A stretch of 64,000 bases of DNA, taken from IMG/VR virus record IMGVR_UViG_3300037400_004847; one strand, given 5' to 3'. The position numbers and the translations under genes are program-made. The stretch comes from an uncultured virus (IMG/VR IMGVR_UViG_3300037400_004847). Lineage: Duplodnaviria > Heunggongvirae > Uroviricota > Caudoviricetes. Under the pieces are notes generated by a model. That model saw only the letters and a program-made list of their open reading frames with translations, was not told where the DNA came from and searched no databases. This document shows positions 44,114 through 55,206 of this stretch, one piece after another (position 1 is the stretch's first letter; each line of letters starts with the position of its first letter).

Positions 44114-46540
44114 TTATTTTAATTCAATTTTTGATACGTTTTCTTTTAAATCTTTTACAACAGTAATAACTGTGTCATGCCAATCGGAAATTAATTCATT
44201 ATGTGTTATATGAAGAATAAAATCATAATTATCAACTGTTCGTTTATATAGTTGTCTCACATTTTCATAATTTGAAACTGCTACGCCATCTAATATTTCA
44301 TCAAACGTGGTAAAATTAGGTTTACTTAAAGAAGCAAGTGAAGCAAGTGCATGACGGATAGCCAAAGATGCCATTACACTTTCGAATCCAGACGCACTTG
44401 TACCTAAGTCCAATGAAATACCATCCCTTATTAAATCCATACACACCTTACCATCATCTGAAATGGATAATTTTACTTCAAAATCACACAATCCATCAAG
44501 AATACGTGCAATCTCATTGTTAATAATAGGTAATGCTCTCTTAAGTACAATTTTCACGATTCCGTTCTTTCCAACTAATTGTTGATAAATAGTCCAGTTT
44601 CTAATAATTTTTTCTTCTTCGACCAATTTTGCTATCAATACATTACGTTTTTCTATCTCTTTCTCGTAATTTTTGGTCTCATTTTTATAAGATTCTATCT
44701 CTTTAATAAGTTGTTCCTTAATTATTGTCTCTGTCTTAATAGACTCATCCAAATTTCTTATCTTAAGGTCAATCTCATTGTTATATTTGATATTATCCTT
44801 ATTGGTCTCAATTTCATTCTTCTGTCTCTGCAAATCTGCGATTCTCAACTTGATATTATCGATATTCGACTTAATTGCCGTCATTCTAAGTTCAAGTTCT
44901 GACTTCTTCCTAAGATTCTCCCTTTGAACTTCCATATCAGCGACGGATTTATTCAGATTGTCAATCTCTGTCTGTATACTGTCAATTTGTTCCTTGTTTT
45001 TCTTTCCTTCTTCAATTAATTCATTCTCAGATTTCTTGTTTTTATCAATAAATCCTTTCTGTTCATCAAGTTCAATCGGATGTCCACAAGTAGGGCAAAC
45101 TTTATCTTCAATTAGTTTTTCAATACGCTTTGTATCATTCCTTAACTGTCCGATTTTAACTTTTATTTCAATATTCTTATCTGAATACTCTTTTTGTCCT
45201 GTTTTCTTTACCTCTATGGTTTCCTTGGTCTTCTTATATTCATCATCATCAAACTTCGCATCTTTCACCAACTTATAACCCTCTTTATACTTTGCCATCT
45301 GCGCACGATAATTAGCAAGGTCTGTATTATTTGATGCAAGTTTATTTTCAATAGTCGTTACATCAAGTTTAATGAGTTCCTCCTTGATTTCCTTTCTATT
45401 TGTAAGAATTTTTACCTTGTCATTATTAAGAATATTTATTCTCTCATTAGATTCATTCAACTTGGTTTGAGACTTAACTATTTCATCATTATTCCCTTTT
45501 ATACAAGCATCATAATCATTTATCTCACTCTCTATAGTAGCCTTATTATATGTATTTGAAAATAATACCGGTGAAATTTTCTTTTTCCATAAATCCTTCG
45601 CAATTTCTTCTTTCTTCTCAATGGTAAGCAAACCAAGCCATCTTGAAAACAGTTTTCCCTTATCGGTTTGACCCATATCTAATAAATCTGCAAGTGTTTT
45701 TGATGTGGCTGAAATAACAAGATTATAATCATCGACACTGCCTACGGACTCTCTGATTATATTATTTGTCTCTGCACCGGTTTCACCCTCACAATTTTCA
45801 ATTAATTCATAATTGCCATTAATTAATTTAAAATATTCAAGTTTCTGTTTCGCTTTGCTTTTCTTTGTCCTTTTTGATAATGCCGGACGTGTAACAGTTC
45901 TTCTGATAACATAATCAACACCATTAATTTCTATACCAGCTTCCACCATTACCTCTGTTTCCTCCGGATGATATACATTGAATACACTCTCAAGATTAGG
46001 AGATTTCTGCGCTTTGCCAAACAACGCAAATCTTAGCAAATCAATGGCAAATGTAGTTTTACCACTCTGGTTTTCAGGTTCACCGTTCAAAAGTACAAGT
46101 CCATGCAGTTTTGTAAAATCAAAATAATTATCCTTACCATACGAAAGATAATTGCTCCATTTTACATATTTGAATTTATATAGTTTATACTTCGAATATT
46201 GGTCAAAATCAACAAAAGCATTAACCTGTGCGTCTATCTTCTTTATTTCTTCAAAATCAACATCCTGTATGTCCTTAATATCCATATATTCCTTGAATAA
46301 ATCAAGTTGGAAATTAGGGTCTTGTATATTCTCAATGATATCAGATGTAAGTGAAATTCTATCACCATTGCTATCAACAGTAATAGGTATGAAATTTATC
46401 TCGATATTCTTCAAAGGAACATCATATTTCTCTGATATTTCTTTTTTAAGAGACTCTTTCTTCTGTTCATTGTAATCAATTTGAAGCATTTTCAAATCAA
46501 ATACAAGTTTATCAGTTGGATTTACATTCACCATATTCAA
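44114..46540 (-). CDS. SbcC/Rad50/gp46-like ATPase with N-terminal extension
   Basis: NYLSYG, Walker A NQSGKTT, coiled coil with CPTC hook, ASGFE, FDEILDG, ITH. Confidence 0.9.
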   Translation of the reverse strand: MNMVNVNPTDKLVFDLKMLQIDYNEQKKESLKKEISEKYDVPLKNIEINFIPITVDSNGDRISLTSDIIENIQDPNFQLDLFKEYMDIKDIQDVDFEEIKKIDAQVNAFVDFDQYSKYKLYKFKYVKWSNYLSYGKDNYFDFTKLHGLVLLNGEPENQSGKTTFAIDLLRFALFGKAQKSPNLESVFNVYHPEETEVMVEAGIEINGVDYVIRRTVTRPALSKRTKKSKAKQKLEYFKLINGNYELIENCEGETGAETNNIIRESVGSVDDYNLVISATSKTLADLLDMGQTDKGKLFSRWLGLLTIEKKEEIAKDLWKKKISPVLFSNTYNKATIESEINDYDACIKGNNDEIVKSQTKLNESNERINILNNDKVKILTNRKEIKEELIKLDVTTIENKLASNNTDLANYRAQMAKYKEGYKLVKDAKFDDDEYKKTKETIEVKKTGQKEYSDKNIEIKVKIGQLRNDTKRIEKLIEDKVCPTCGHPIELDEQKGFIDKNKKSENELIEEGKKNKEQIDSIQTEIDNLNKSVADMEVQRENLRKKSELELRMTAIKSNIDNIKLRIADLQRQKNEIETNKDNIKYNNEIDLKIRNLDESIKTETIIKEQLIKEIESYKNETKNYEKEIEKRNVLIAKLVEEEKIIRNWTIYQQLVGKNGIVKIVLKRALPIINNEIARILDGLCDFEVKLSISDDGKVCMDLIRDGISLDLGTSASGFESVMASLAIRHALASLASLSKPNFTTFDEILDGVAVSNYENVRQLYKRTVDNYDFILHITHNELISDWHDTVITVVKDLKENVSKIELK

Positions 46541-46546
46541 TATATA

Positions 46547-46918
46547 TTATTTTGTTTTTAATGTTCGTCTTGTTCTTTTAGGTTTTTCTTCAATTATTGA
46601 TTCAACTTTTACGATATCAGTTACAACGGCTTTCACTTCATCAATAGGTTTTTTAATTTCCGCCTCTTCTATTTTCTGTTCAGTAGTAATTTTAACCGGT
46701 TTTACATCATCAATTGGTTCTTCCTTCTTGGTTCTCCTTGTAGATGGTTTTTTCTCTTCTTTTTTTGCGAGTTTTTCATTCAAATCACCATATTTATCAA
46801 GATTATATCTTTCTGTAATGGCATTTGACATGTATTCTCTTACATCAAGTCCATTTACTTCACAGAAATCTTCTATATTATAATAAACACGGTCTATAAT
46901 TTCAATTTCTACTGTCAT
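46547..46918 (-). CDS. Hypothetical protein
   Basis: 123 aa. Confidence 0.65.
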   Translation of the reverse strand: MTVEIEIIDRVYYNIEDFCEVNGLDVREYMSNAITERYNLDKYGDLNEKLAKKEEKKPSTRRTKKEEPIDDVKPVKITTEQKIEEAEIKKPIDEVKAVVTDIVKVESIIEEKPKRTRRTLKTK

Positions 46919-46921
46919 ATT

Positions 46922-47062
46922 CTATTCCCTTTCTTCATTACCACAGTTTCGGCATACATAATATGTGGTAAACATCTTTGGTATAACTGCAACATCTGTT
47001 GAACCGCATTTATCGCAGATTATAGTATCATTATCTAAAATTTTGAATGTTTCTATATCCAT
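46922..47062 (-). CDS. Small Zn-ribbon protein (46 aa)
   Basis: Manual translation: CDKCGS..YVCRNCG; immediately after a promoter. Confidence 0.6.
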   Translation of the reverse strand: MDIETFKILDNDTIICDKCGSTDVAVIPKMFTTYYVCRNCGNEERE

Positions 47063-47079
47063 CTTGTTTAATTTCTAAT

Positions 47080-47112
47080 TGCAAATATACTACAAAATTA
47101 CAAAAACACAAA
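47080..47112 (-). promoter_or_regulatory. Bacteroidetes primary-sigma promoter
   Basis: TTTG ... GTAGTATATTTGCA. Confidence 0.75.
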
Positions 47113-47117
47113 ATGAA

Positions 47118-48134
47118 TTAACATAAAGTTGCTAATTCATAATCATTTAATTTCTTAGCACGTGTTAAGAGAGAAATTATACCCTTTGTTCCATATTTTT
47201 CATAAATTAATGAGGCATCATAACCATCAGGACATTCAATAAGTCTTACTCTACCATTTAAATCAGAATTTTCCAAAATTTTGTATATTTTCTTGGCATT
47301 TATTAAAGCATCATCGTCAAGAAATATATAAACAAAACTACGTGAACGTTTCACAAGCATTTTATAAAGTAAATAATCTTCTGATAATGTTTTCCCCAAC
47401 AATGGTACTGAATTTGGTACTACGATATGGTCAAATGGTCCTTCTACCAGCGTAATAGGTTCATACCAATTAATTTTCCCTTCATTAAATATAAATTTTG
47501 TCTTTTCTGCTTTCGGGTTCTTGTACCTTATATTATTATTTCCAGTATAGTCACGTCCTACCCAATAATTAAGGCTATCGAAAGAATCATATGATGGTAT
47601 TACAATTCTATTTCTAAGTGAAAAATGTACTTTTTCATTATTTCCAATATACCCGATATTAAACCTATTAATAACTTTAATATCAATGCCTCTTTTTGAA
47701 AGATATTTTACCGCTTCTAATGCATTTTTATCATTTTCTCTTATTGGTTTAAATCCATCCGGTAGATAAAACTCGTTATCTTCCGAAAATTCATCAGGTA
47801 TATCACCATTTCCATCAAAAAGTTCATACTTTCTTGCTTCTCGATAGTCATTTACGATTTGTTTAAACTCATCTAGTACGGTCTTAGAGGCATATTTCTT
47901 GAAAAGTGATACAATTGTACCCCTTGTATCATTTGTGTCTTTACAACGCCAACAATGATAGCCACCACAACCCTTTACCGTAAGGTCTATCTTCACTTCA
48001 AGATTATATTTATTATCAGCTTTCACACCCTTTTCCTCTGCACATTCAGGACAGTTAAATGAATACCATTCTCCAGAGTGTTTTCCATAACTTCCGAGGA
48101 AAGTAGATATTAAAGTAAGTACGCTTTCTTCCAT
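47118..48134 (-). CDS. DNA primase (phage type)
   Basis: CPEC..HCWRC zinc domain, YLSKRGI, RIVIP, RYKNP, TOPRIM LVEGPFD, LDDDA. Confidence 0.9.
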   Translation of the reverse strand: MEESVLTLISTFLGSYGKHSGEWYSFNCPECAEEKGVKADNKYNLEVKIDLTVKGCGGYHCWRCKDTNDTRGTIVSLFKKYASKTVLDEFKQIVNDYREARKYELFDGNGDIPDEFSEDNEFYLPDGFKPIRENDKNALEAVKYLSKRGIDIKVINRFNIGYIGNNEKVHFSLRNRIVIPSYDSFDSLNYWVGRDYTGNNNIRYKNPKAEKTKFIFNEGKINWYEPITLVEGPFDHIVVPNSVPLLGKTLSEDYLLYKMLVKRSRSFVYIFLDDDALINAKKIYKILENSDLNGRVRLIECPDGYDASLIYEKYGTKGIISLLTRAKKLNDYELATLC

Positions 48135-48150
48135 TTACATTATTTTTTAA

Positions 48151-48183
48151 TGCAAATATACTGAAAACGTACAAAACAACAAA
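48151..48183 (-). promoter_or_regulatory. Bacteroidetes primary-sigma promoter (primase)
   Basis: TTTG ... CAGTATATTTGCA. Confidence 0.75.
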
Positions 48184-48208
48184 ATGAATTAAGTAATTTT
48201 AGCGCAAC

Positions 48209-48970
48209 TTAATCAAAATCTATTACCTTGTTAAATTGTTTACCACAAAAATCTACCACATATTCAATTCTGTCTTTCTTGCTGTCGCAGCAAACAATTC
48301 TAGGTTCTGTATCCCCATACTTACATTTATTCACATATCCAAGAACACACATAAGACTATCGCTTGCGTCGAAATTCTCATCCTTTAACTCATGCTTCTT
48401 ATTATAATCCCATTGAATATCTGGAAATTTCTCTGATACGTAATTCCACAATATGAACTTCTTTGCGCAATCAAACGGATATGCACCAAACAATACTAAT
48501 TCATCTTTACTTATTGCTTGTTGGACTTTCTTATAAGGGTATGTATCTCCATGCTTGTTATATTTCCTTACCGCCATAAGAGATGGACAACCGTATTTTC
48601 TCGCATCATACGATGAAATATATTCTGGTATAACACCAAGAACATCCTTGACAGATTGCGAAATCATTCCATTAAACCTCATAAGTGTTGCAGCAGTCTC
48701 AGAATTGTTACTTCCAATCAAAGGTTCTTCAATAATAACATCTGTAATGTAATAATTTGTATATTTATCCTTTAATTTATCTTTAAACAAATCACTTTTA
48801 ATAAATAATGCTTTTGTACCTTTAATCTTTGTCGGCACTTTTAATCTCAAATGGCTTATTTCCAATATATTTATAGTACCGTCCTCATCAAGACTTGCAA
48901 CGGTAGAACCAATACAACGTGTGGAAACGTCTAAACCAAGTATAATTCTTTTTTTTAGGTCCTGGGCCAT
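48209..48970 (-). CDS. RuvC-like Holliday junction resolvase
   Basis: ILGLDVST, VIIEEP, LMRFNG, FDASDS; ATG probably at 48970. Confidence 0.75.
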   Translation of the reverse strand: MAQDLKKRIILGLDVSTRCIGSTVASLDEDGTINILEISHLRLKVPTKIKGTKALFIKSDLFKDKLKDKYTNYYITDVIIEEPLIGSNNSETAATLMRFNGMISQSVKDVLGVIPEYISSYDARKYGCPSLMAVRKYNKHGDTYPYKKVQQAISKDELVLFGAYPFDCAKKFILWNYVSEKFPDIQWDYNKKHELKDENFDASDSLMCVLGYVNKCKYGDTEPRIVCCDSKKDRIEYVVDFCGKQFNKVIDFD

Positions 48971-49094
48971 GTTAACTAAAATTAATATAATTTATAAAAT
49001 CAAAATATAAAAAATATTTTGATTTATCAATAAAAAAACCTTAGTATACATAGTACTAGGACCTATAAATGCTTAAAAATTAACCTAATTTAAC

Positions 49095-49127
49095 TTTGTT
49101 AATTTAAAAATTAGCAGTATATTTGCA
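49095..49127 (+). promoter_or_regulatory. Bacteroidetes primary-sigma promoter (sbcD-like)
   Basis: TTTG ... CAGTATATTTGCA on the plus strand. Confidence 0.75.
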
Positions 49128-49143
49128 TAAAATAACAAATTAC

Positions 49144-49974
49144 ATGATAAGAAAAATTATACAAATTGCCGATTTACACATACCAAACTCGACTACATCA
49201 GATAGACCTTTTTCTGATATGTTGAAGCAACTTGCGGGTGAAATCATGATTGAAACTAAGGATTTCAAAAAAGATGAAATAAGGATTGTCATTGTAGGTG
49301 ATATTTTTGAAAAAAAGATAAAAGCCGATAATGAATCAAAGGATTTATTTCATGAATTTCTAAATTATCTCAATGCAATTGGTAAAACAATTATTATTGC
49401 CGGAAACCATGATATGCTTGAAAATAATCAAGATAGAATGGATTCAATATCACCTACTTTTTCAATTAAAGGTGTATACCCAAACATCATATATGCTGAT
49501 AAAATATTGAATTATAAAAGTGGATATATAAAGGATGACAATATCATTTGGGCACTATATTCAATGTTTAATAAATTTACAAAACCCAACATTGATGGAT
49601 TAAAAGAACAATATCCTGACTGTAAATTAATCGGATTATATCACGGAGATATTGCCGGTGCTGTAACAGACATTGGAAGAATGTCAGAAAAGGGTATTAA
49701 TACTGATGATTTTAAAGAATGTGATTGCGTAATGGCCGGACATATACACAAATATCAAACGATTAAGAAAAACGGTGTTCCAATTGTATATGCTGGGTCA
49801 GTATTTCAATGCAATAGTGGAGAAAACACAACCGGTCATGGTTTTGTTATATGGGATGTAGATACAATGAAATATTCACTGCATGAAGTAAAAAATTTAT
49901 ATAAAACATATAAATTTGAAATCACTTCATACGATGATATACAAAATGATGAAGAAAAATTAATTAACTTTTAA
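49144..49974 (+). CDS. SbcD/Mre11/gp47-like metallophosphoesterase nuclease
   Basis: ADLH, GDIF, AGNHD, YHG, GHIH, YAGS; start moved to ATG 49144. Confidence 0.9.
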   Translation: MIRKIIQIADLHIPNSTTSDRPFSDMLKQLAGEIMIETKDFKKDEIRIVIVGDIFEKKIKADNESKDLFHEFLNYLNAIGKTIIIAGNHDMLENNQDRMDSISPTFSIKGVYPNIIYADKILNYKSGYIKDDNIIWALYSMFNKFTKPNIDGLKEQYPDCKLIGLYHGDIAGAVTDIGRMSEKGINTDDFKECDCVMAGHIHKYQTIKKNGVPIVYAGSVFQCNSGENTTGHGFVIWDVDTMKYSLHEVKNLYKTYKFEITSYDDIQNDEEKLINF

Positions 49975-50007
49975 AAAGGAGTTGACTATTTTTGGTCAAC
50001 TCCTTTT
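49974..50007. terminator. Bidirectional rho-independent terminator
   Basis: aaaaggagttgac/gtcaactcctttt between convergent genes. Confidence 0.7.
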
Positions 50008-51071
50008 TGTACAATGGTTTTTACTATTACATTAAATGGGTCATTAATGTTATTTATTTTTATCAGACATTTTCTGTCCATTACATATGGATTGCATTTA
50101 GCCGTTAATGTCAATACATTATAACTTATTTTGTAAAATACAAAATCAGAAGTTATTTTAACAGACACAAGCGATTTAGATGGTTTTACGTCCATATCAT
50201 ATTCAAATGAACCACCGGTACTTTCAAATACTATTTCGTCACTGAGTTTAGACTTTCTACCCCTTTTTTTCGTTTGAACTGGCACATTTAAACCATATAT
50301 TGTCAATGATGGGGTATCATCAGAAGACATCTCGGATTGTAATCTCTCAGTAAACGTCGGAATCATGGATTTCGATGTTTTTCTATGTGTATCATCAGAT
50401 ATTAATCTATTTCTTGTCAATGTCGGTACATCATTCTTCACCGTTACATCATCATATCTTACTATTATAGTTGATATTTTTGAAACATCATTGTCATGTG
50501 CAAGAACTATTTCGTAATATTGTCCATTTTCAAGAAACACACGTCCATAACTAGTTATTTTAAGTTTTTCGTTATTTATTTTCTCTACTTTTATACCATT
50601 ATCATTTTTTATAACCTTATCATCTGAATTATATTCTTTAAATGATTTTATAAAATATTTTTTGTTTCCACCACTTACTGTAACATCTATTTCTTTTACA
50701 TCAGTTGCGGTGTTAACAGATTGAAATGCTATAGATGAGATTGATGTCTGCACAAGGCATTCTATACCATTTTGATTAATATAAACTATCTTTTCACCAT
50801 CATCACCTTGTATACAATTATGATGTATTGTGATATACCCATTACGGTCATTAATATTGAAATTCTGCTTTACAGTAACAGTAAACGTATTATCAGTAAG
50901 AATTACATCAAACCAGTCATTCTCACTAATATCGTATCTAAACCCGCCTCCGCTTGGTTTTCCATCAATGGTAACTGTAAACTCCTTTTGATTCACAGTT
51001 TCACCTTCTTCCCAATTGGCCGGAAATTCAAGGTTATTCACATCTACTGCTATTGTTCTAATCACACCCAT
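49986..51071 (-). CDS. BACON/Ig-like domain virion protein
   Basis: DWFDV..TFTVTVKQN..DRNGYITI..INQ.G repeats typical of BACON domains. Confidence 0.6.
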   Translation of the reverse strand: MGVIRTIAVDVNNLEFPANWEEGETVNQKEFTVTIDGKPSGGGFRYDISENDWFDVILTDNTFTVTVKQNFNINDRNGYITIHHNCIQGDDGEKIVYINQNGIECLVQTSISSIAFQSVNTATDVKEIDVTVSGGNKKYFIKSFKEYNSDDKVIKNDNGIKVEKINNEKLKITSYGRVFLENGQYYEIVLAHDNDVSKISTIIVRYDDVTVKNDVPTLTRNRLISDDTHRKTSKSMIPTFTERLQSEMSSDDTPSLTIYGLNVPVQTKKRGRKSKLSDEIVFESTGGSFEYDMDVKPSKSLVSVKITSDFVFYKISYNVLTLTAKCNPYVMDRKCLIKINNINDPFNVIVKTIVQKGVDQK

Positions 51072-51108
51072 ATAATTACAACTATATATTAATTTTGAAT
51101 ATTATTCA

Positions 51109-54100
51109 TCAATCAAAACCTTCCAACACAAGAATAACAGTTGATGGAATGACTTGCATCACGTATTTTACAATAACATCGGTAAAGTATTTTTTGAATG
51201 CATCACCATCCAATTTGTTCTTCATCACAAAATATTTACGATTGATATAATACTTGCTTGCATCATCATCAATTAATACTTTCACTTTATCAGAATCTTC
51301 CCCCTCATTCAAAGTATACGTTATATTTTCAGCCTCTGTTTTCCAATCAGGTTCCAACAAATATTCATCAATACAGTATTTAAATGGCTTTTCCATATAA
51401 TCTTTAAATTCAATACCTTCATCATATGTTCCATAACCTACATGCGGATTATTTCCAACATTTGATGAAATGATGCTATTCAAATATTTTGCTTTCTTTG
51501 TATGTTCATCATCCAAAGCTTCCATATCCACATTTTCCCAAGATTCTGGTAACTGTGGATTATACTTACCATTTTCCTTGAGATAGAAGAAATGCGACAA
51601 GTTATCAGGTAAGGTATTTACATAATCTGTATAATTAGCAAGACTTACGACATAATATATATCTCCGTCATTCAATGAATTGGGGTTAAGGTCTAACAAA
51701 TAACTGAAATCGCTTACAACATGTAAATAAGATAATGTCTCTGTGAAATCCCCGTTATCTTTTTTAGCCCATCCACCACGACTTTCAAATATAAAATCGC
51801 CATCATACACTCTTGATTGATTATAATAAGGGACAATAAGATGTTTTTTTCCAATAAAAATATCTTTTAAAGGAATACCGGAATATATATCGTCATAATT
51901 CTTCGGATAATCCTTATAGTAGTTAATATTTTCTATTTTTTCATACAATTCATCAGTAAATTCTTTTGGTTCTGTTGTATAATATGATTCTATCAATTCA
52001 TAATCATTCTCGCCAAAGCCAAACATTGCCATCACCATATCAATTGAATGTTTCGTGCCTTTTGTGTTGAAAATCCTACTTGATGAAAGTAAGAGTTTTC
52101 TCATAAAAAGAATGTCTGATTTGCTTGTGTCTATATTGTCTGAATTTGTCGAATTAAACCAAGTTGCATGACTTGAACCATCTTTTTTACCAAATGTATC
52201 TGTAAATGACTTATCAATAGTTACATCAGACAAATCCATTGTAGGAAAATACTTCTTGAACTTTTTCTTTATGATTTCTTCCAATCCATCGTATAGATTT
52301 TTTCCAATAATCTGTGCTGTATCATTATCAATATACGCTAATTCATATTCATCTTGTTCTTCCTCACTAAGATTGTCAAAAGTTGCCTTATTGATAACAT
52401 ATCCAGTATCTTTTCCAATATAACCTTGTTCTGTATCAGGAAAAGTAGGGATTGTAGATGTAATATCCCAACCCATTATTTCTAATCGGTCTGAAATTTC
52501 TGCATCAGGTTGGTTTCCATATCCGTCATAAGTATTTTTTGTCACGAAACCGATGCCATCTACAAGTCTTTTAATATCATCAAATGCACGTCCATAGACA
52601 CGTAGCAGTTTCATTATCTGATTGCCACCATCTATATTATCTTGTTCCTCACCTTCATTATATTCTCTCGTATATGTCCAGTCAAAATTCTTAATTGATT
52701 CATGAGTCATGTTTCGATAAAGATTATCGCACCACAATTCATCAAAAACAGTCGCCATATCAATTAATTTTGACAAATAACCAATATATGAATCAGACGT
52801 AATATCTATAAGTGCATATCCTAAATCTTCATCAAAAACTGAAGGCCATACATAGTCACGATAGACATACTTATATGATAAGTTACCCTCAATTGGTGTC
52901 AGGAACGAATTTTTATACAAAGGTTTTGTATCAAGCGTAAGAAGCTGTTTCTCAAAGCCGTCAAGACTATTGAAAAAATGAACAAAATTATCTTTCTTGC
53001 ACTTTAACACAATTTCAGTGTCTTTTGTGATGAATATTACATTACCTGACAATAAATAAGCCTCTAACTTATATTCTTTATTTTCCTCATCTGTTATATA
53101 CACGGTATATAACGGCATGTTCTTATATACACCGTCTTCTGTTATGCCGCTTAAACGGCTCGCTAAGACATTAATATAACAGTTATTGTCAATGCATTCA
53201 TCACAGTCTTTTACATATATATTCCATCCATTAGCCATATCGAGTGTAGGTAACCATGTTGATGGAATACAATCCATGAGATTCCATCCATCATTCAAAA
53301 ACCCATCAAGTTGTTCATCAGTAACACATTGTATATATGTATAGGATGGGTTACTGACTCTTTCAATATAAAAACAAATATGATTGAGCGAAAAACCGGC
53401 GACATTAATTTTCCATTTAGTATATAACTTATCATCGCTTTGTATGAATTGTATTTCGTTGGCATAGTATCTGACTCGATTGACATTTTTGATTTCCTTA
53501 TGATAAGTATTATCGCTCTCATTATAACAAGTAACTTTCCAATTAAAGTGCTCTCTATTCCTATCAACTTCAACAAAATAAAATCCGTTTTCCAACCTAA
53601 TATTATATGCAGGATGAATTGTAAAATTTGAAGTAATGCTAACGTCACTTTTCCTGACAAATGATAAAGTAAAATTACTATTTGACAATTGAGAAGAGGA
53701 AACATTACCTATAAGTATACTATTATCAGTAACAATTTTCTTGGTCGATTGAAGATAATATAACTGTTTATTTGCAATACTTGAGGTTAATTCATTATTA
53801 ATGTATTCAGAGTTGTTTCCACTGCTTATTATTATTTTATCTTGATTAGAAAACGTCAAAGAAGTTGAAATACGTTTTGAATTATTAACATTTATATTAC
53901 TAAATGTTATGGTATCAGTTATTATAGTAGGTTCTCCGCCTTCTTCTATTGATTCAATTACTTTATGGCCTATAATATTGAAACTCACATTTGTTGTGGT
54001 TGTTTCGTCTGAATATTCTCTAAGATTGTTAGAAACATCTAAATCATAGTCAGTCCCATCAACAGTCAATAACAAATGTCTAACACCATTATTTGAAAAA

Positions 54101-55206
54101 TAGACTGGGGTAACGCTTTGACGTATTTCCGGCGTAAATTCATTTCCATTACATTCATAAGTGTACCCTTCCAATAAAATAACATTATCTAACGTCTGTT
54201 TCCCGTCATTCAAGGCTACATTTATGTCAGTGCCGTTATATACTAAACCATCTGTACTATTGTATTTAAACCCATAGCCTGTTGAATGGATGATAACGTT
54301 GCTTGTATGCTCTGCTTTTCTCAACAATGAATTATCACCATCACTGCATTCATACCGGTTGTCATCAACATAGATTGACCCTTCATTTTTGTCGTATCTT
54401 TGTATTGATACAGTGCCTGACATTGGTTTATTATTATAGCCAATGTCAGGAATAGACAAAGTATTTTCCTCAACAAGTTCGATGTTGTTTATTTTTAATG
54501 AAGAAGGTGAAATTATTTTTCCGATTGTTTCATTTTTTGCCAATGCGAAATCAGTAACTTTTTCCTTTACCGTTCTTGTGCCAGATTGAGTTTTTTCTAT
54601 AAAATTACGGTTAACAAGGTCATAACTCTTTATATTTTTACCGTTAATTGTATAATTCTGGTTTGATTCTAACAGAAAACGTAACACATTGTTCCTTTCT
54701 TTTTCTTCATTTGTTAATGTATGTATAAAGTCAACTTCAAATGGATTGTTAATATAATGATACCCTTCAAGCACGTCAAATCCTCCTTCTGTGTTTGGAA
54801 CATATACGTTATTATCTGAAAGCGTAACAGTTGGCGGAAAATTTCTTATGATATTTGTAATAGAAGAATTAACAAGTTCCACGGCAGAACCATAATATGC
54901 AAAATCACGTATATCATTACTTGAAATATTAACTTTTACATTGTTTACGTCATCACTTGCTGATTTTACGTCATCATAATCCCAATGTGCAACCCATTTT
55001 CCATAATTATGTTTTTTTTTGTAAGATGGATATGAGTTGTCAGTAAAAAGAAAATTAGTATCAGAATAATAAGGCTTTTTACCTTTTTCAATTTGATGCT
55101 GTCCGCCAGTCGTTACCCAGTCCCTAACAAGTATTCTTCCTTTATTAGTGACCTGGTGTGTCTTACTTAAAACATAATTACTATGTATTTTACTATATCT
55201 TCCCAT
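51109..55206 (-). CDS. Large putative baseplate/tail protein
   Basis: 1365 aa; FAYYGS, YGRAFDDIK, TKGTKHSI patterns; structural context. Confidence 0.55.
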   Translation of the reverse strand: MGRYSKIHSNYVLSKTHQVTNKGRILVRDWVTTGGQHQIEKGKKPYYSDTNFLFTDNSYPSYKKKHNYGKWVAHWDYDDVKSASDDVNNVKVNISSNDIRDFAYYGSAVELVNSSITNIIRNFPPTVTLSDNNVYVPNTEGGFDVLEGYHYINNPFEVDFIHTLTNEEKERNNVLRFLLESNQNYTINGKNIKSYDLVNRNFIEKTQSGTRTVKEKVTDFALAKNETIGKIISPSSLKINNIELVEENTLSIPDIGYNNKPMSGTVSIQRYDKNEGSIYVDDNRYECSDGDNSLLRKAEHTSNVIIHSTGYGFKYNSTDGLVYNGTDINVALNDGKQTLDNVILLEGYTYECNGNEFTPEIRQSVTPVYFSNNGVRHLLLTVDGTDYDLDVSNNLREYSDETTTTNVSFNIIGHKVIESIEEGGEPTIITDTITFSNINVNNSKRISTSLTFSNQDKIIISSGNNSEYINNELTSSIANKQLYYLQSTKKIVTDNSILIGNVSSSQLSNSNFTLSFVRKSDVSITSNFTIHPAYNIRLENGFYFVEVDRNREHFNWKVTCYNESDNTYHKEIKNVNRVRYYANEIQFIQSDDKLYTKWKINVAGFSLNHICFYIERVSNPSYTYIQCVTDEQLDGFLNDGWNLMDCIPSTWLPTLDMANGWNIYVKDCDECIDNNCYINVLASRLSGITEDGVYKNMPLYTVYITDEENKEYKLEAYLLSGNVIFITKDTEIVLKCKKDNFVHFFNSLDGFEKQLLTLDTKPLYKNSFLTPIEGNLSYKYVYRDYVWPSVFDEDLGYALIDITSDSYIGYLSKLIDMATVFDELWCDNLYRNMTHESIKNFDWTYTREYNEGEEQDNIDGGNQIMKLLRVYGRAFDDIKRLVDGIGFVTKNTYDGYGNQPDAEISDRLEIMGWDITSTIPTFPDTEQGYIGKDTGYVINKATFDNLSEEEQDEYELAYIDNDTAQIIGKNLYDGLEEIIKKKFKKYFPTMDLSDVTIDKSFTDTFGKKDGSSHATWFNSTNSDNIDTSKSDILFMRKLLLSSSRIFNTKGTKHSIDMVMAMFGFGENDYELIESYYTTEPKEFTDELYEKIENINYYKDYPKNYDDIYSGIPLKDIFIGKKHLIVPYYNQSRVYDGDFIFESRGGWAKKDNGDFTETLSYLHVVSDFSYLLDLNPNSLNDGDIYYVVSLANYTDYVNTLPDNLSHFFYLKENGKYNPQLPESWENVDMEALDDEHTKKAKYLNSIISSNVGNNPHVGYGTYDEGIEFKDYMEKPFKYCIDEYLLEPDWKTEAENITYTLNEGEDSDKVKVLIDDDASKYYINRKYFVMKNKLDGDAFKKYFTDVIVKYVMQVIPSTVILVLEGFD

